Source: Betaproteobacteria bacterium (lineage in GTDB: Bacteria > Pseudomonadota > Gammaproteobacteria > Burkholderiales > SHXO01). Taken from it: a DNA stretch of 64,000 nt. The translations under genes and the position numbers were made by a program. This document shows, piece after piece, positions 1 through 10,333 of this stretch. Under the pieces are notes generated by a model, which searched no databases, had not been told where the DNA came from, and saw nothing but the letters and a program-made list of their open reading frames with translations. The first letter of the stretch is position 1; every line of letters begins with the position of its first letter. The stretch is from positions 6,280 to 70,279 of the forward strand of contig SHXO01000002.1 in assembly GCA_009693245.1 (NCBI GenBank). The letters are read 5' to 3'.

Positions 1-332
1 TTCACGCGGCAATTTTCCAGCATAACGACGTTACCGGGTTGCACGCTTACGCCGTCGAGCCAATTTTGTTTGAGCGGAACATCGCGCTTGAGCAGTTCGC
101 TCAGGCGTTTGGCGATGGGCGCCAAAGAGTCCTTAGGATGCAACTCACCTTCAGTGGGGCGGCCCAGGTGCGAGGTCACCATCACCGCGGCGCCCGCCTT
201 CAACGCGTGCTCGATGCCAGGAACGGATGCGCGTATGCGGGTGTCGTCAGTAATGGCTCCGCTCTCGTCCTGGGGTACGTTGAGGTCAGCGCGTATGAGG
301 ACTCGCTTGTTGCGCAAGTCCAGATTGGTCAT
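1..332 (-). CDS. pgk: phosphoglycerate kinase, N-terminal part (gene continues beyond window start)
   Basis: Absent from the ORF track because it is edge-truncated. Reverse translation from ATG (332-330) gives [62 protein letters not shown]..., the conserved Pgk N-terminus. It lies next to gap. Confidence 0.9.
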   Translation of the reverse strand, partial: MTNLDLRNKRVLIRADLNVPQDESGAITDDTRIRASVPGIEHALKAGAAVMVTSHLGRPTEGELHPKDSLAPIAKRLSELLKRDVPLKQNWLDGVSVQPGNVVMLENCRV

Positions 333-473
333 TTTTATAATTGGCATGGTCCGTTGCCGGTGGTCGATTCCATCATCCCCACCCTTGTGGCTCCGGCTTT
401 ACCTAAAGGTAAGCCTTCACCGCAACAAGCCGCTTCGCGGCGTGTTGTCCCGTGGGAAGAAGGGCTTTTACTT

Positions 474-508
474 CCCTCGCCCTCCGGGAGTGGGATCGAG
501 GGTGAGGG
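474..508. repeat. REP-like imperfect palindrome in the gap-pgk spacer
   Basis: ccctcgccctc-N13-gagggtgaggg, with arms complementary allowing one G:T pair. Similar ccctctccc...ggggagggg-type hairpins recur near 13715-13740, 50457-50480 and 50896-50920. Confidence 0.6.
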
Positions 509-522
509 AGAAAGCGTATCCA

Positions 523-1536
523 TTATTTCGCGTTCATCAGTGCGACCGTGGTATCCAGCATTCGGTTGCTGAAGCCCCATTCGTTGTCATACCAGCTGCT
601 TACTTTTACTAGGGTTCCATCGGACACCTTGGTCAGCGTGGCGTCGAAGATGGATGAGGCAGGATTGTGATTGAAATCCACCGACACCAGCGGCTCCACG
701 TTGTAGAGAAGAATGCCCTTCAATTCGCCATCCGCCGCTTGCTTGATGGCCGCGTTTACTTCATCCACTGTCGTGGCCCGTTTGGCGACGAAGGTCAAGT
801 CCACGAGGGACACATTGATGGTGGGCACGCGCACGGCAAAGCCATCTAGCTTGCCGTTGAGTTCGGGCAGCACCAAGCCCACGGCGGCAGCGGCGCCGGT
901 CTTGGTGGGAATCATGGATTGCGTGGCGGAGCGGGCGCGGCGCAGATCCTCGTGATAGACGTCCGTCAGCACCTGGTCGTTTGTGTAGGCGTGAATGGTG
1001 GTCATGAGGCCGCTCACGACGCCGATGCCCTCATGCAGGGCCTTGACCATGGGCGCCAAGCAATTCGTGGTGCACGAGGCGTTGGAGATCACGGTGTGAG
1101 CCGCCTTCAGCGTCTTGTGATTCACCCCATAGACCACGGTGGCATCCACGTCCTTACCGCCCGGCGCGGAAATGATGACTTTCTTGGCCCCCGCGGTGAG
1201 ATGGGCGCCAGCCTTCTCCTTCGTGGTGAAAAGCCCCGTGCACTCCAGCACCACATCGACCTTCAAATCCTTCCAGGGAAGTTCGGCCGGGTTACGCTTC
1301 GCGCTGACCTTGATCTTGTCGCCATTGACGACCAGATGGTCGCCCTCCACCGCGACGGTACCGGGGAATGGCCCGTGAGCGGTGTCGTAACGGGTGAGGT
1401 GGGCATTGGTTTCGGGGCTGCCAAGATCGTTGATAGCAACGATCTGGATGTCGTGCTTCTTGCCGCCCTCGTAATGGGCGCGAAGAATGTTGCGCCCGAT
1501 GCGGCCATAGCCGTTGATGGCAACGCGGATAGTCAT
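523..1536 (-). CDS. gap: glyceraldehyde-3-phosphate dehydrogenase (type I)
   Basis: 337-aa ORF reading [16 protein letters not shown]...[12 protein letters not shown]...[11 protein letters not shown]. This shows the classic NAD-binding and catalytic Cys motifs. Confidence 0.97.
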   Translation of the reverse strand: MTIRVAINGYGRIGRNILRAHYEGGKKHDIQIVAINDLGSPETNAHLTRYDTAHGPFPGTVAVEGDHLVVNGDKIKVSAKRNPAELPWKDLKVDVVLECTGLFTTKEKAGAHLTAGAKKVIISAPGGKDVDATVVYGVNHKTLKAAHTVISNASCTTNCLAPMVKALHEGIGVVSGLMTTIHAYTNDQVLTDVYHEDLRRARSATQSMIPTKTGAAAAVGLVLPELNGKLDGFAVRVPTINVSLVDLTFVAKRATTVDEVNAAIKQAADGELKGILLYNVEPLVSVDFNHNPASSIFDATLTKVSDGTLVKVSSWYDNEWGFSNRMLDTTVALMNAK

Positions 1537-1608
1537 CGGTGAGAGCTCCTATATAGGGGTCGAGAAAAGAAGGATTCTAGCCTTCGGCGGAACCTCCCGT
1601 GAGACCGG

Positions 1609-1665
1609 TCAATCGACCGTGAGCGATTTCGCAACATTGAGGGGCTTGTGGCTACGGCCGCTTCG
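1609..1665 (-). pseudogene. relic duplicate of the glmS 3' terminus (about 17 codons plus TGA)
   Basis: tcaatcgaccgtgagcgatttcgcaacattgaggggcttgtgg matches the true glmS end (1722-1762, tcactcgaccgtgactgatttcgcaagattgcggggcttgtcc) at about 36 of 41 nt. It translates to ...HKPLNVAKSLTVD*, compared with glmS ...[13 protein letters not shown]. Confidence 0.6.
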
Positions 1666-1721
1666 CTTAACTTGTCCCTGGGGCCAAGTTAGCCTTCGCC
1701 GAAAGCCTCGCGCGAAATCAT

Positions 1722-3548
1722 TCACTCGACCGTGACTGATTTCGCAAGATTGCGGGGCTTGTCCACATCGGTTCCGCGTGCGACAGCGGCGTTGTAAGCC
1801 AGCAGTTGAACGGGAATGGAGTGGACGACGGGGGAGAGCACTCCCGCGTGGCGCGGCGTGCGGATAACGTGTACGCCTTCGCTCTCGGTGAAATGACTGT
1901 CCAGATCGGCGAAGACGAAGAGTTCACCACCGCGCGCACTCACCTCTTGCATGTTGGACTTGACCTTTTCCAGCAGCGTGTCGTTGGGCGCGATGACCAC
2001 CACTGGCATGTCGCTATCGACCAGCGCCAAGGGGCCGTGCTTGAGTTCGCCTGCGGGATAGGCCTCGGCGTGGATGTAGGAAATTTCCTTCAGCTTCAAG
2101 GCACCTTCCAGCGCGATGGGGTAGTGAATACCGCGGCCCAAGAAGAGCGCGTGGTGTTTGGTGGCGAAGCGCTCCGACCAGACGCGAATCTGGGCTTCGA
2201 GGTTGAGCGCGTGCTGCACGCTGCCGGGCAGGTGACGCATGGCGGTAAAGTGATTGGCCTCCTGCTCCATGCCAAGGCGCCCCTTGGCCTTGGCGATGGC
2301 GAGCGTCAAGGTGAAAAGCGCGGTGAGTTGCGTGGTGAAGGCCTTGGTGGAGGCAACGCCGATCTCGGCGCCCGCGCGTGTGAAAAACACGAATTTGGAA
2401 TTGCGCGGAATGGCGCTCTCACGCACGTTGCAGATGGAGAGCGTTTCCTCTTGTCCCAGTTCTACCGCCCGCTTCAGCGCTTCCATGGTGTCCAGGGTTT
2501 CGCCGGACTGGGAGATTGTGACGATCAATTGCTTGGGATTGGCCACCACGTCGCGGTAACGGTATTCGCTGGCGATCTCCACGTTGCAAGGGATCTTCGC
2601 TATGGATTCCATCCAGTAGCGCGCCACGCTGCCCGCGTAGTAGCTGGTGCCACAGGCAAGGATTTGCACGCCCTCGATCTCCTTGAACGACTTCTCCGCG
2701 CCGGTGCCGAAGAGCTGGGGGACGAAGCCTTCGGCGATGACTTGTTCCATGGTATCGAACAATGCCTTGGGTTGTTCGTGGATTTCCTTCTGCATGAAGT
2801 GCTTGTAGGGACCCAGTTCCAAGGATGCCAGCGAGACATCGGAAACATTGACCTTGCGCACGATGGGCTGGCCGCTCTTGTCGTAGATGCGCACGGACTC
2901 GCGGGTGATTTCCGCCACATCGCCTTCGTCCAGGTAGATCACCCGGCGCGTGGCGGAGAGCACCGCGGAGACGTCGGAGGCCACGAAATTCTCGCCGTCT
3001 CCCAAGCCGATCAATAGCGGGCAGCCCATGCGTGCGCAGATGAAACGGTTAGGCTCCTTGAGGCTGACCACGGCGATGGCGTAAGCGCCGACGAGCTCGC
3101 CCACCGCGATCTGCGTGGCGCGCAGCAGATCGTATTGCTGGACGAGGTAGTAGTGAATGAGGTGCGCGATGACTTCCGTGTCGGTCTGGGATTCGAATTG
3201 GTAACCCAGTTTTTTCAGCCGGTCGCGCTGTTGTTCGTGGTTCTCTATGATGCCGTTGTGCACCACGCTCACCAGTCCGCCCGAAATGTGCGGATGCGCA
3301 TTGGGTTCGGTGACGCCGCCGTGGGTGGCCCAGCGCGTGTGGCCGATTCCCATGAGCCCGTTGAGATTCTCGGCCTGCGCGGCGGCTTCCATTTCCGCGA
3401 CCCGGCCCACGCGGCGCACGCGCTTGATGACGCCGTTCAGCACCGCCACGCCGGAGGAGTCGTAACCCCGGTACTCCAAGCGCTTCAAGCCTTCGACAAG
3501 AATGGGTACGACGTTACGCTGGGCGATGGCGCCTACGATTCCGCACAT
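1722..3548 (-). CDS. glmS: glutamine--fructose-6-phosphate aminotransferase (isomerising)
   Basis: 608-aa ORF. It begins MCGIVGAI (N-terminal nucleophile Cys), carries SIS domains and ends [13 protein letters not shown]. Confidence 0.98.
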   Translation of the reverse strand: MCGIVGAIAQRNVVPILVEGLKRLEYRGYDSSGVAVLNGVIKRVRRVGRVAEMEAAAQAENLNGLMGIGHTRWATHGGVTEPNAHPHISGGLVSVVHNGIIENHEQQRDRLKKLGYQFESQTDTEVIAHLIHYYLVQQYDLLRATQIAVGELVGAYAIAVVSLKEPNRFICARMGCPLLIGLGDGENFVASDVSAVLSATRRVIYLDEGDVAEITRESVRIYDKSGQPIVRKVNVSDVSLASLELGPYKHFMQKEIHEQPKALFDTMEQVIAEGFVPQLFGTGAEKSFKEIEGVQILACGTSYYAGSVARYWMESIAKIPCNVEIASEYRYRDVVANPKQLIVTISQSGETLDTMEALKRAVELGQEETLSICNVRESAIPRNSKFVFFTRAGAEIGVASTKAFTTQLTALFTLTLAIAKAKGRLGMEQEANHFTAMRHLPGSVQHALNLEAQIRVWSERFATKHHALFLGRGIHYPIALEGALKLKEISYIHAEAYPAGELKHGPLALVDSDMPVVVIAPNDTLLEKVKSNMQEVSARGGELFVFADLDSHFTESEGVHVIRTPRHAGVLSPVVHSIPVQLLAYNAAVARGTDVDKPRNLAKSVTVE

Positions 3549-3581
3549 GGTTTGGTCACTTTAGTAAGGATTGATCAAGAA

Positions 3582-4973
3582 CTACCCGGCTTTATTCTTC
3601 ACCGGGCGCTTCCATCCGGCGATGGCGGTCTGCTTGGCGCGGGAGATGGTGAGTTCGCCAGGCGGGGCATCCTTGGTCAGCGTGGTGCCCGCGCCCAAGG
3701 TTGCTCCCTTGCCCACCCTAACGGGGGCGACGAGCTGGGTGTCCGAACCGATAAATGCGTCGTCTTCGATCACCGTTCGGTGTTTGTTGGCGCCATCGTA
3801 ATTGCAGGTGATGGTGCCGGCACCCACGTTGACGTTGCGCCCGACGGTGGCGTCTCCCAGGTAGGTCAGATGATTGACCTTGGAACCTTCTCCGAGATCG
3901 ACCTTTTTCATTTCCACGAAATTCCCCACGTGGGCATGGGCGGCGAGAGTGGTTTCGGGGCGGATTCGGGCGAAGGGGCCGATGCGGCACTCGGGCCCCA
4001 CTTTGGCGCCATCGATGACGGACATGGGCGCGATGACGGTGCCGGCGCCAATCTCGGCGTCCTTGATGTAGCAATTGGCACCCACCACCACCCCTTCCGC
4101 CAGATGCACCTTGCCTTGGAACACGCAGTTCACGTCGATCTCCACGTCCTGGCCGCAGTGCAGGTCGCCGCGGATGTCGATGCGGGCGGGGTCTCGCAAG
4201 GTCACCCCAACCGCCATCAAGCGCAATGCGTATTCGTGCTGGTAACGGCGCTCGAGCTCCGCCAACTGTGCGCGGCTATTCACCCCAAGCACTTCCCAGA
4301 GGTTGGCAGCGTTCACGGACGCTACGTTCATGCCCTGGGCGATGGCCCGAGGCACGATATCGGTCAAGTAGTACTCGCCCTGGGCGTTGTGGTTCTTGAG
4401 TGACATTAACCAACCCGCCAAGGCCTTCGTGGGGGCGGCCACGATGCCGGTGTTGATTTCGCGCACTGCCTTTTCCTCGGCGGTGGCGTCTTTTTCTTCG
4501 GCGATGCGCAGGAATTTCCCGCTCTTGTCGCGAATGATGCGCCCGTAGCCGGCCGGGTCCGCCAGCTCCGCGGTCAGCACGACCAAGGTTTGCGCGCTGG
4601 CGCACACGGCGGCCAGCGTTTGCGCCCGAATCAATGGGACATCGCCATAGAGCACCAGGGTGCGCCCGCTGAGGGGTATGAGCGGCATGGCTTGCGCCAC
4701 GGCGTGACCGGTCCCCCGTTGGGGCTCTTGCTTGACGAAACGCACGCCGGGTTGCGCAAAGGCATTGGGTACTTGTTCGCCGCCATGGCCGTACACCACG
4801 ACGATATGCGCCGGATTCAAGGTTTTGGCGGCATCGATCACATGCCCCAGCAGGGGCTTATGGGCCAGCCGGTGCAAAACCTTGGGCAGGTTGGAGTACA
4901 TTCGCGTACCCTTTCCAGCGGCGAGGATGACGACGCTTAGGTCAGAGGTGCTGGAATCCGTCATGTTCATCAA
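3582..4973 (-). CDS. glmU: bifunctional UDP-N-acetylglucosamine diphosphorylase / glucosamine-1-phosphate N-acetyltransferase
   Basis: 463-aa ORF with LAAGKGTRM, a left-handed beta-helix hexapeptide region and a NYDGANKH motif. It lies directly upstream of glmS. The exact start among MMNM is uncertain. Confidence 0.97.
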   Translation of the reverse strand: MMNMTDSSTSDLSVVILAAGKGTRMYSNLPKVLHRLAHKPLLGHVIDAAKTLNPAHIVVVYGHGGEQVPNAFAQPGVRFVKQEPQRGTGHAVAQAMPLIPLSGRTLVLYGDVPLIRAQTLAAVCASAQTLVVLTAELADPAGYGRIIRDKSGKFLRIAEEKDATAEEKAVREINTGIVAAPTKALAGWLMSLKNHNAQGEYYLTDIVPRAIAQGMNVASVNAANLWEVLGVNSRAQLAELERRYQHEYALRLMAVGVTLRDPARIDIRGDLHCGQDVEIDVNCVFQGKVHLAEGVVVGANCYIKDAEIGAGTVIAPMSVIDGAKVGPECRIGPFARIRPETTLAAHAHVGNFVEMKKVDLGEGSKVNHLTYLGDATVGRNVNVGAGTITCNYDGANKHRTVIEDDAFIGSDTQLVAPVRVGKGATLGAGTTLTKDAPPGELTISRAKQTAIAGWKRPVKNKAG

Positions 4974-5171
4974 GCGGGCTTGGGGAATGCTGCTGTAATT
5001 ACGTGGCGAGTTTTAGTGTGGCGGGGCCCATAATATGCCACCGGATTATCCCATAGCACCTTGCGCGCAAAATCACAGCGCAGGAGCTATGCCAGGCTTT
5101 GGCAGGGTGAGGCCTGGGCTTAAGCGGGATGGATGGGCGGACGTTAATGGAAGACTTGTGTCTGAAAAGGA

Positions 5172-5666
5172 ATGCTCATGGGATGGTGGCGGACAGGATT
5201 AGTCGGAGTGTTCATGGCGGGCTTACTCAGCGCGAGCCCGGCTCAGGCCCAACTCACGGAAGCCCGCGTCGAGCAGTTTCTGGTGCAACTGGAACTGGCG
5301 GCCGAGCGGCGAGATATTGCTCACATCATTGACTCGCTCGCCGACGACGTGGTCATCGTGTTTCGCATGGCCGCCCTGGGCGGCATGCCCGACATGACCT
5401 TGGACAAGGTTCAGTACCGCGATTTCTTGGTGGGCGCTTTTGCCACCATCGAAGCCCATGGTTCGCGGCGTTACGGAACCAAGATCACCGTCTCGCCGGA
5501 TGGGATGTACGCTGAAGTGTTCGCCAATGTGGAAGAGACGACCACCATGAAAGGGAGGACCTCCGTTCACACCTCGCAGCAGACGGTGCTGGTCGCGCTG
5601 GCGAACAACAAACTTCAAGTGAAGCGCGTTTTCGCCGAGGTGATGCCGGGGGGCAGCGATACCTAG
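5172..5666 (+). CDS. secreted hypothetical protein, NTF2/SnoaL-like (DUF4440-like)
   Basis: 164-aa ORF with a signal peptide (...LLSASPAQA). The pattern resembles NTF2-fold proteins. It is divergent from glmU and convergent with the mauG-like gene. Confidence 0.55.
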   Translation: MLMGWWRTGLVGVFMAGLLSASPAQAQLTEARVEQFLVQLELAAERRDIAHIIDSLADDVVIVFRMAALGGMPDMTLDKVQYRDFLVGAFATIEAHGSRRYGTKITVSPDGMYAEVFANVEETTTMKGRTSVHTSQQTVLVALANNKLQVKRVFAEVMPGGSDT

Positions 5667-6787
5667 CGCGATATGTGATCGGTGCCGAAACCTTCGCGGG
5701 CGGCACGAATTAGCTCGCCGATGTTGCCAGCGCTTAAGGCGCGAAGAAAAGTAGCCAGCGCGCGTTTCTCTCCTGGGCTCAAGCCGAGGGGCTTGATGAG
5801 CTGGTCCACATCCTTGCCCTGGCCGCCTCGGTCATAGAAAGCGATCACCTCTTCCAGAGTGCTCATGGACCCGTCGTGCATGTAAGGGGCGGTCAAGGAG
5901 ACGTTACGCAAGCTGGGTGTGCGAAAGGCCTTGCGGTCCTTGTCTTCGCCCGTGACTTCCCAGCGCCCTAGATCCAAAGCGGGCGGATCGATGGCCCCCT
6001 CCAGATCTTGCCGCGCGACGAGTACCTCTACTCCGGGCGCCAGTTCGACTTTCAGTTTTTCCGGCGGCGCGGCTGCTCCAGCACCCGTACGGTGGAACCG
6101 GTGATCGGTAAACAATGCCCCATCTCGGCCAGCGCTGTGACACTGTGCGCAACCGGCTTTCCCCTGAAATAGCTCGAAGCCCTTTTGTTCTTCCACTGAA
6201 AGAGCGTCCGCCTCACCGCCAAGGTACCAGCGATCGAAGCGCGAGCCTCCGGCGACCACGGTGCGCTGGTACGCCGCCAGGGCGGCGGCTACGCTAGCCT
6301 CGCCGATGCCCTGCGCAGGGAAGGCCTGTGCAAAAGCATGCTCGTAACCAGGCAAGGCGCGGATGCGCTCCACCACCTCGGATTTGGACGCGTTGTTCAT
6401 CTCGTCCTTGGATAGCAGCGGTGCCCATACTTGCGATTCCAGCGAGGCTTCGCGCCCGTCGTGGAAAAAGCTCCGCTGGTACGCCACGTTGAGCGACGTG
6501 GGCGCATTACGCCGCAGGCTCTTGCCGAACATCCCCACGGAGGTGGCGACCTCGTTGGAGGTAAACCCCTGTTCGGGCACGTGGCACATGGCGCAGGACA
6601 TGGTTTGATTGGGCGACAAACGCCGGTCGAAGAACAAGCGGCGCCCGATCTGCGCCTGCACGGCATCGGGAGGTTCCATGGGCGGCAATCCCAACGAGGA
6701 CGGTGGCGCGGCGTGTGCCGCGAGTACACCTAGCGCGACCAGACTAATTCGCGCGCTGTTCTTCCAGAAGGAGGGATTGAATGTCAT
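5663..6787 (-). CDS. di-haem cytochrome c peroxidase family protein (MauG-like)
   Basis: 374-aa ORF with a signal peptide and two CxxCH motifs (CAMCH, CAQCH). It is the last gene of the mtoX-SCO1-mauG arrangement. Confidence 0.85.
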   Translation of the reverse strand: MTFNPSFWKNSARISLVALGVLAAHAAPPSSLGLPPMEPPDAVQAQIGRRLFFDRRLSPNQTMSCAMCHVPEQGFTSNEVATSVGMFGKSLRRNAPTSLNVAYQRSFFHDGREASLESQVWAPLLSKDEMNNASKSEVVERIRALPGYEHAFAQAFPAQGIGEASVAAALAAYQRTVVAGGSRFDRWYLGGEADALSVEEQKGFELFQGKAGCAQCHSAGRDGALFTDHRFHRTGAGAAAPPEKLKVELAPGVEVLVARQDLEGAIDPPALDLGRWEVTGEDKDRKAFRTPSLRNVSLTAPYMHDGSMSTLEEVIAFYDRGGQGKDVDQLIKPLGLSPGEKRALATFLRALSAGNIGELIRAAREGFGTDHISR

Positions 6788-7421
6788 TCACGACCACCTG
6801 CGGCAAGAGGTAGGAGGTGGTGTAAATCTCCCGTACCCAGCCCGTGGCATCGATGAGAAAGACCTTGAGTACGTGGCTAAAGGAGCGCGAGGCCACTCCA
6901 GTTTTGGGATCCACGCGGATACGCACGTCCTGGCCTAGCCCCTTCAACAACGGGGCCAACTCGCGGTAGGAAGGCGTGGTGAGGAAGTACCACGGCAACC
7001 CGCTCTTGCGGCTCAACTGGCTCTCGCCGTAGTCCGCCATGACTTCTGGCGTATCCACGAGGGGATCGAAACTCAGGCTGATGAGTTGTACCCGGCGCTG
7101 CGCCGGCGCATCCGCCTGTAACGTGGCTTGGATTTGATCCATCACATCGTAGGCAAGCGGACAACCTTCGGGATCCATGCAGGTGGTGAACATGAAAGAC
7201 AGCAACGTAACCTTGCCTTGCGTAAAACGCGACAAGGCCACCGCTTGGGCGTTGGTGTCCAACACCGTTCCTTGGGGCACGCGTTGAATTTTTTCCAGCC
7301 GGTAGGTGCCCGCGGCGGGCGGCACGAATTCCAACCTTGCACCGCGCTCGGCTTCGTGAGCTGAAGCGGTGGCGGCGGCCATCGCGAGGAGGGCCGCCGC
7401 CAAGCGGTACGGCAAGGGCAT
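6744..7421 (-). CDS. SCO1/SenC family copper chaperone (thioredoxin-like)
   Basis: 225-aa ORF with a signal peptide and the motif region FMFTTCMDPEGCP. Its ATG overlaps the mtoX stop (TAATG). Confidence 0.85.
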   Translation of the reverse strand: MPLPYRLAAALLAMAAATASAHEAERGARLEFVPPAAGTYRLEKIQRVPQGTVLDTNAQAVALSRFTQGKVTLLSFMFTTCMDPEGCPLAYDVMDQIQATLQADAPAQRRVQLISLSFDPLVDTPEVMADYGESQLSRKSGLPWYFLTTPSYRELAPLLKGLGQDVRIRVDPKTGVASRSFSHVLKVFLIDATGWVREIYTTSYLLPQVVVNDIQSLLLEEQRAN

Positions 7422-8749
7422 TATTGCTTTGCCGCCAGGGTATCCGTCGTGGGAGCGTAAGCGGACTTTAATTCCGCGGTGCCAAACTTCATGTGATGAG
7501 CACGGCCCAGGCGCAACTTATTAAAGTCCACCTCGAAAGCCTGGGTCAGTTCATGGCCATCCCAATTAAAGGCGCGCAGCACTTGCTCGTTCATGTCACC
7601 GCCCTTATCCCAATTGGCCAGCAAGGATGAGGTGATGTACACGCGCTTGCCATCCCAGCTTTGGGAGACCATGTTGACCTGCTTACCCGTCTGCTTGGCG
7701 TAGGTCTGCTTCGGCGCTTCCGGGTCTGTGAGGTCAAAGTAACGCGTCATCCCATCCATGAAGGTGTTCACCCAGAGTCCCTTGGCGTCGGCACTAATAC
7801 TGATGTCCACGGGCAATGGAATCTTGGAGGGGTCGCCGATGGTGGCCACTTCCTTGGCTTCCCACTCGCCTCCCGCATCTTGCTTGATGAGCCAGATCTT
7901 GGAAGTGAGAGCCGTGGCCACCACGGCCCAGTTATCTTCGCGCTTGAGCGACCAACGTACTTCCAAGGGGCTGCCCGGAACGGAGAAAATCTTCTTGGGC
8001 TCCATCGCTTTCAAGTCCCACATCACCATGGTGCCGCCAAAACGCTTCATAGCCTCGGCGTCTTGGATCAACTTGCCGATGGGCATCATGTAATTGTTCC
8101 AGCCCGTGAAGCTGGAAGTCAGCAGCGCGTTGCGCGAGGGATTGATACCGATGTCGTAACCGTAGCCGTCACCGCCATCGCTGGTGGGCATGGGATAAGT
8201 CTGGATGAGATCGCCGCTGTTGTTGAACAGCAGCATCCCCGTTACCCCGCCATGGTCCTTGGTGTTGGCAAGCATCTGCACCAGCATGCGCCCAGGCAGG
8301 GCGTAGAAGGTATGCGGGCCCACCAAACCTGTCTGCTTGGGCAGATCGGAAATGGTTTTCACCAAGCGCGGCATCGCGGGTTCCGTGCCGACGTCGAAAA
8401 TGTAGATCCGGCTATCGTCCAGGCCGCCCGCCCACAGATAGCGCCGGTCATCGGTGAAGCCCATGTGGTGAGCTTCGCCACGCCGCTTCACCGAGAAGGA
8501 ATGAATCACCTTGCCGTAGCGAGGCGATTCGGGATTGACATCGATGGTCACCAGCTTGTCCGATCCATCGCCTAGGCCTTCCACGCCCAGGGTCCATACG
8601 TAGACGTAATCTTCCTGCCCCTTGATGAGGTTGCTCATGTAGGGCGAATTGCAGGTTTCGTCGGCGGCCGCTGGAACGCCAACGGCGGCCAGCGATAGCG
8701 CAAACGCAAGACTCCTAAATACATTTTTCATGTCTTTCCTCCTGTCCAT
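7421..8749 (-). CDS. mtoX: selenium-binding protein (SBP56) family, putative methanethiol oxidase
   Basis: 442-aa ORF with a signal peptide. SBP56-type sequence is present (DYVYVWTLGVEGLGDGSDKLVTIDVNPESPRYGKVIH...). SCO1/senC and a mauG-like gene follow it. Confidence 0.85.
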   Translation of the reverse strand: MDRRKDMKNVFRSLAFALSLAAVGVPAAADETCNSPYMSNLIKGQEDYVYVWTLGVEGLGDGSDKLVTIDVNPESPRYGKVIHSFSVKRRGEAHHMGFTDDRRYLWAGGLDDSRIYIFDVGTEPAMPRLVKTISDLPKQTGLVGPHTFYALPGRMLVQMLANTKDHGGVTGMLLFNNSGDLIQTYPMPTSDGGDGYGYDIGINPSRNALLTSSFTGWNNYMMPIGKLIQDAEAMKRFGGTMVMWDLKAMEPKKIFSVPGSPLEVRWSLKREDNWAVVATALTSKIWLIKQDAGGEWEAKEVATIGDPSKIPLPVDISISADAKGLWVNTFMDGMTRYFDLTDPEAPKQTYAKQTGKQVNMVSQSWDGKRVYITSSLLANWDKGGDMNEQVLRAFNWDGHELTQAFEVDFNKLRLGRAHHMKFGTAELKSAYAPTTDTLAAKQ

Positions 8750-8822
8750 GGGGTTGCGTCATGGCCACCAGAGCGGCGGCAGCGGCGAGGATAAGCGATA
8801 GAGCGTGGGGTTGCAAACGCAC

Positions 8823-9974
8823 TCACTTACGTTCCCGCCATCGCAGCGCGGCGGCTCCGCCGCCCGCGACTACTGCCGCCATGGCCCAGAGCATCGCGGC
8901 GGCCCCGAGCACGGAGCCGAAGGCGCCGAACATCAATGGCAGCACCACGTGGCTGCTGTTCATGATCGTCGTGCGTACCCCGAGCGCCTCCCCGACGCGT
9001 CCCTCCGGCGAGCGTGAATGCAGAAGCGACATCACATTGGGTTGCGCGGACCCCAGTCCGCAGCCCAGCAGGAAGGCCACCATCATGAGCGGTGCAAGCG
9101 ATGAGAAGAGCGGGAACAAAGCGAAGCCCAGGCTAGTGTTGAACAAGGTGTACGTGAGCACCTGCCACTCGCTGAAGTGGCGAGACAGCCATGGCATGGC
9201 AAGGCGCACGCTGAAGGTCGCCGCCGAGAAGGCACCCAACACGAAGCCCACCTGAGAGGCCGATAATCCCACGTGAGTGCCATGTACCGGCACCACGAAA
9301 GTCATCAGATCCCATGACATGGAGATCAATCCCGTGGTGATGAGCACGCGCCGCAGCTCTGTATGTTTCAGCAACTCGAAGGGATGCATGGGCTCCGGCG
9401 CGCTGCCCCGGTGCTTGTGCTCGGGGAAAAGCCCGCGGTTTAGCCAGAGCAACCCCAACGCCAGCAGCACGACAACCACCAACACGGCGAAGGTGGCGCG
9501 GTGGCCGAAGCCGTCGATCAGCAAGCCGCTCACGACGGGTCCTGTAAAACCCGCGATGGAGGCGCCCATCGCCAACCAGGAAAACGCCGCCGCGCGGCGA
9601 TTCGGATCCGCGCGTTCACCGACGATTTGCTGGATGGCGAGCATCACCAAGGTGGCTCCGGTGCCGATCATGGCCGCCGCGACCAGCAGGGGCGCGACAT
9701 CGCTGGTCGCGTAGGGAAAGGCCGCAGGCAGCAACATGCCCCCCAGCATCAACAAAACTCCAACGAGCGTCGGCCGCCACGGCCCCACGACATCCAGCCA
9801 CCGCCCCGCGCGCACGGCGATCAACATCGGCACCAACGCAAACAACGCCATCACGACGCCAACAGTGAAGGTAGACGCCTTGTTCGCCAGCGCATAGAGG
9901 GAACCCGTCATGCGCGAGGCGACAAAAGCCATATGCGTGAGCACGGCAATCGCGATGATGCGGGCGAGTATCAT
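8823..9974 (-). CDS. MFS transporter
   Basis: 383-aa ORF that is highly hydrophobic, with about 12 predicted TM segments typical of the MFS fold. Confidence 0.85.
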   Translation of the reverse strand: MILARIIAIAVLTHMAFVASRMTGSLYALANKASTFTVGVVMALFALVPMLIAVRAGRWLDVVGPWRPTLVGVLLMLGGMLLPAAFPYATSDVAPLLVAAAMIGTGATLVMLAIQQIVGERADPNRRAAAFSWLAMGASIAGFTGPVVSGLLIDGFGHRATFAVLVVVVLLALGLLWLNRGLFPEHKHRGSAPEPMHPFELLKHTELRRVLITTGLISMSWDLMTFVVPVHGTHVGLSASQVGFVLGAFSAATFSVRLAMPWLSRHFSEWQVLTYTLFNTSLGFALFPLFSSLAPLMMVAFLLGCGLGSAQPNVMSLLHSRSPEGRVGEALGVRTTIMNSSHVVLPLMFGAFGSVLGAAAMLWAMAAVVAGGGAAALRWRERK

Positions 9975-10333
9975 GGAGAATTGCTTCCGACTGGGTGAGG
10001 GCGTTTCAGCCTAGAGGTTGCGAGCCGTTAGTCTGGCATGGAATCTACCGGCTTACGGCTAGCTCCTCTCAAACGTTCGCGTCGAGTAGCATTCATTTTG
10101 CGGGCGTTATGGTGTTGGCTTCGATAACCGCATCATGCTAGAAATAGCCGCCTGCATCTTCACTTTTCGCCACGCCTTGCGAAATAAATCCCCCGCACCG
10201 CCGAGGTTTTGCAAGAGCCTCTATCGTCATAATGTTTCCGTGCCTCAGACTCGAATCCGTCCGCCAACATCAATCCGCGCATGCGCCATTTCGCCAAGTA
10301 CACTCAAATTGACCCGCGGGACCGAGAAGTAGC

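Noticed and set aside
39-572. 177-aa and 180-aa plus-strand ORFs at the window start.
   Set aside because: They run antisense to pgk and through the REP-containing spacer and the end of gap. The translations have no protein-like features.
3135-4403. Long plus-strand ORF (422 aa) and similar long antisense ORFs (for example 1806-3017, 30324-31358, 20550-21518, 17941-18702).
   Set aside because: They lie antisense to strongly recognisable genes (glmS/glmU, hemA, MFS, groEL). They have low-complexity Gly/Arg/His-rich translations typical of shadow ORFs in GC-rich DNA.
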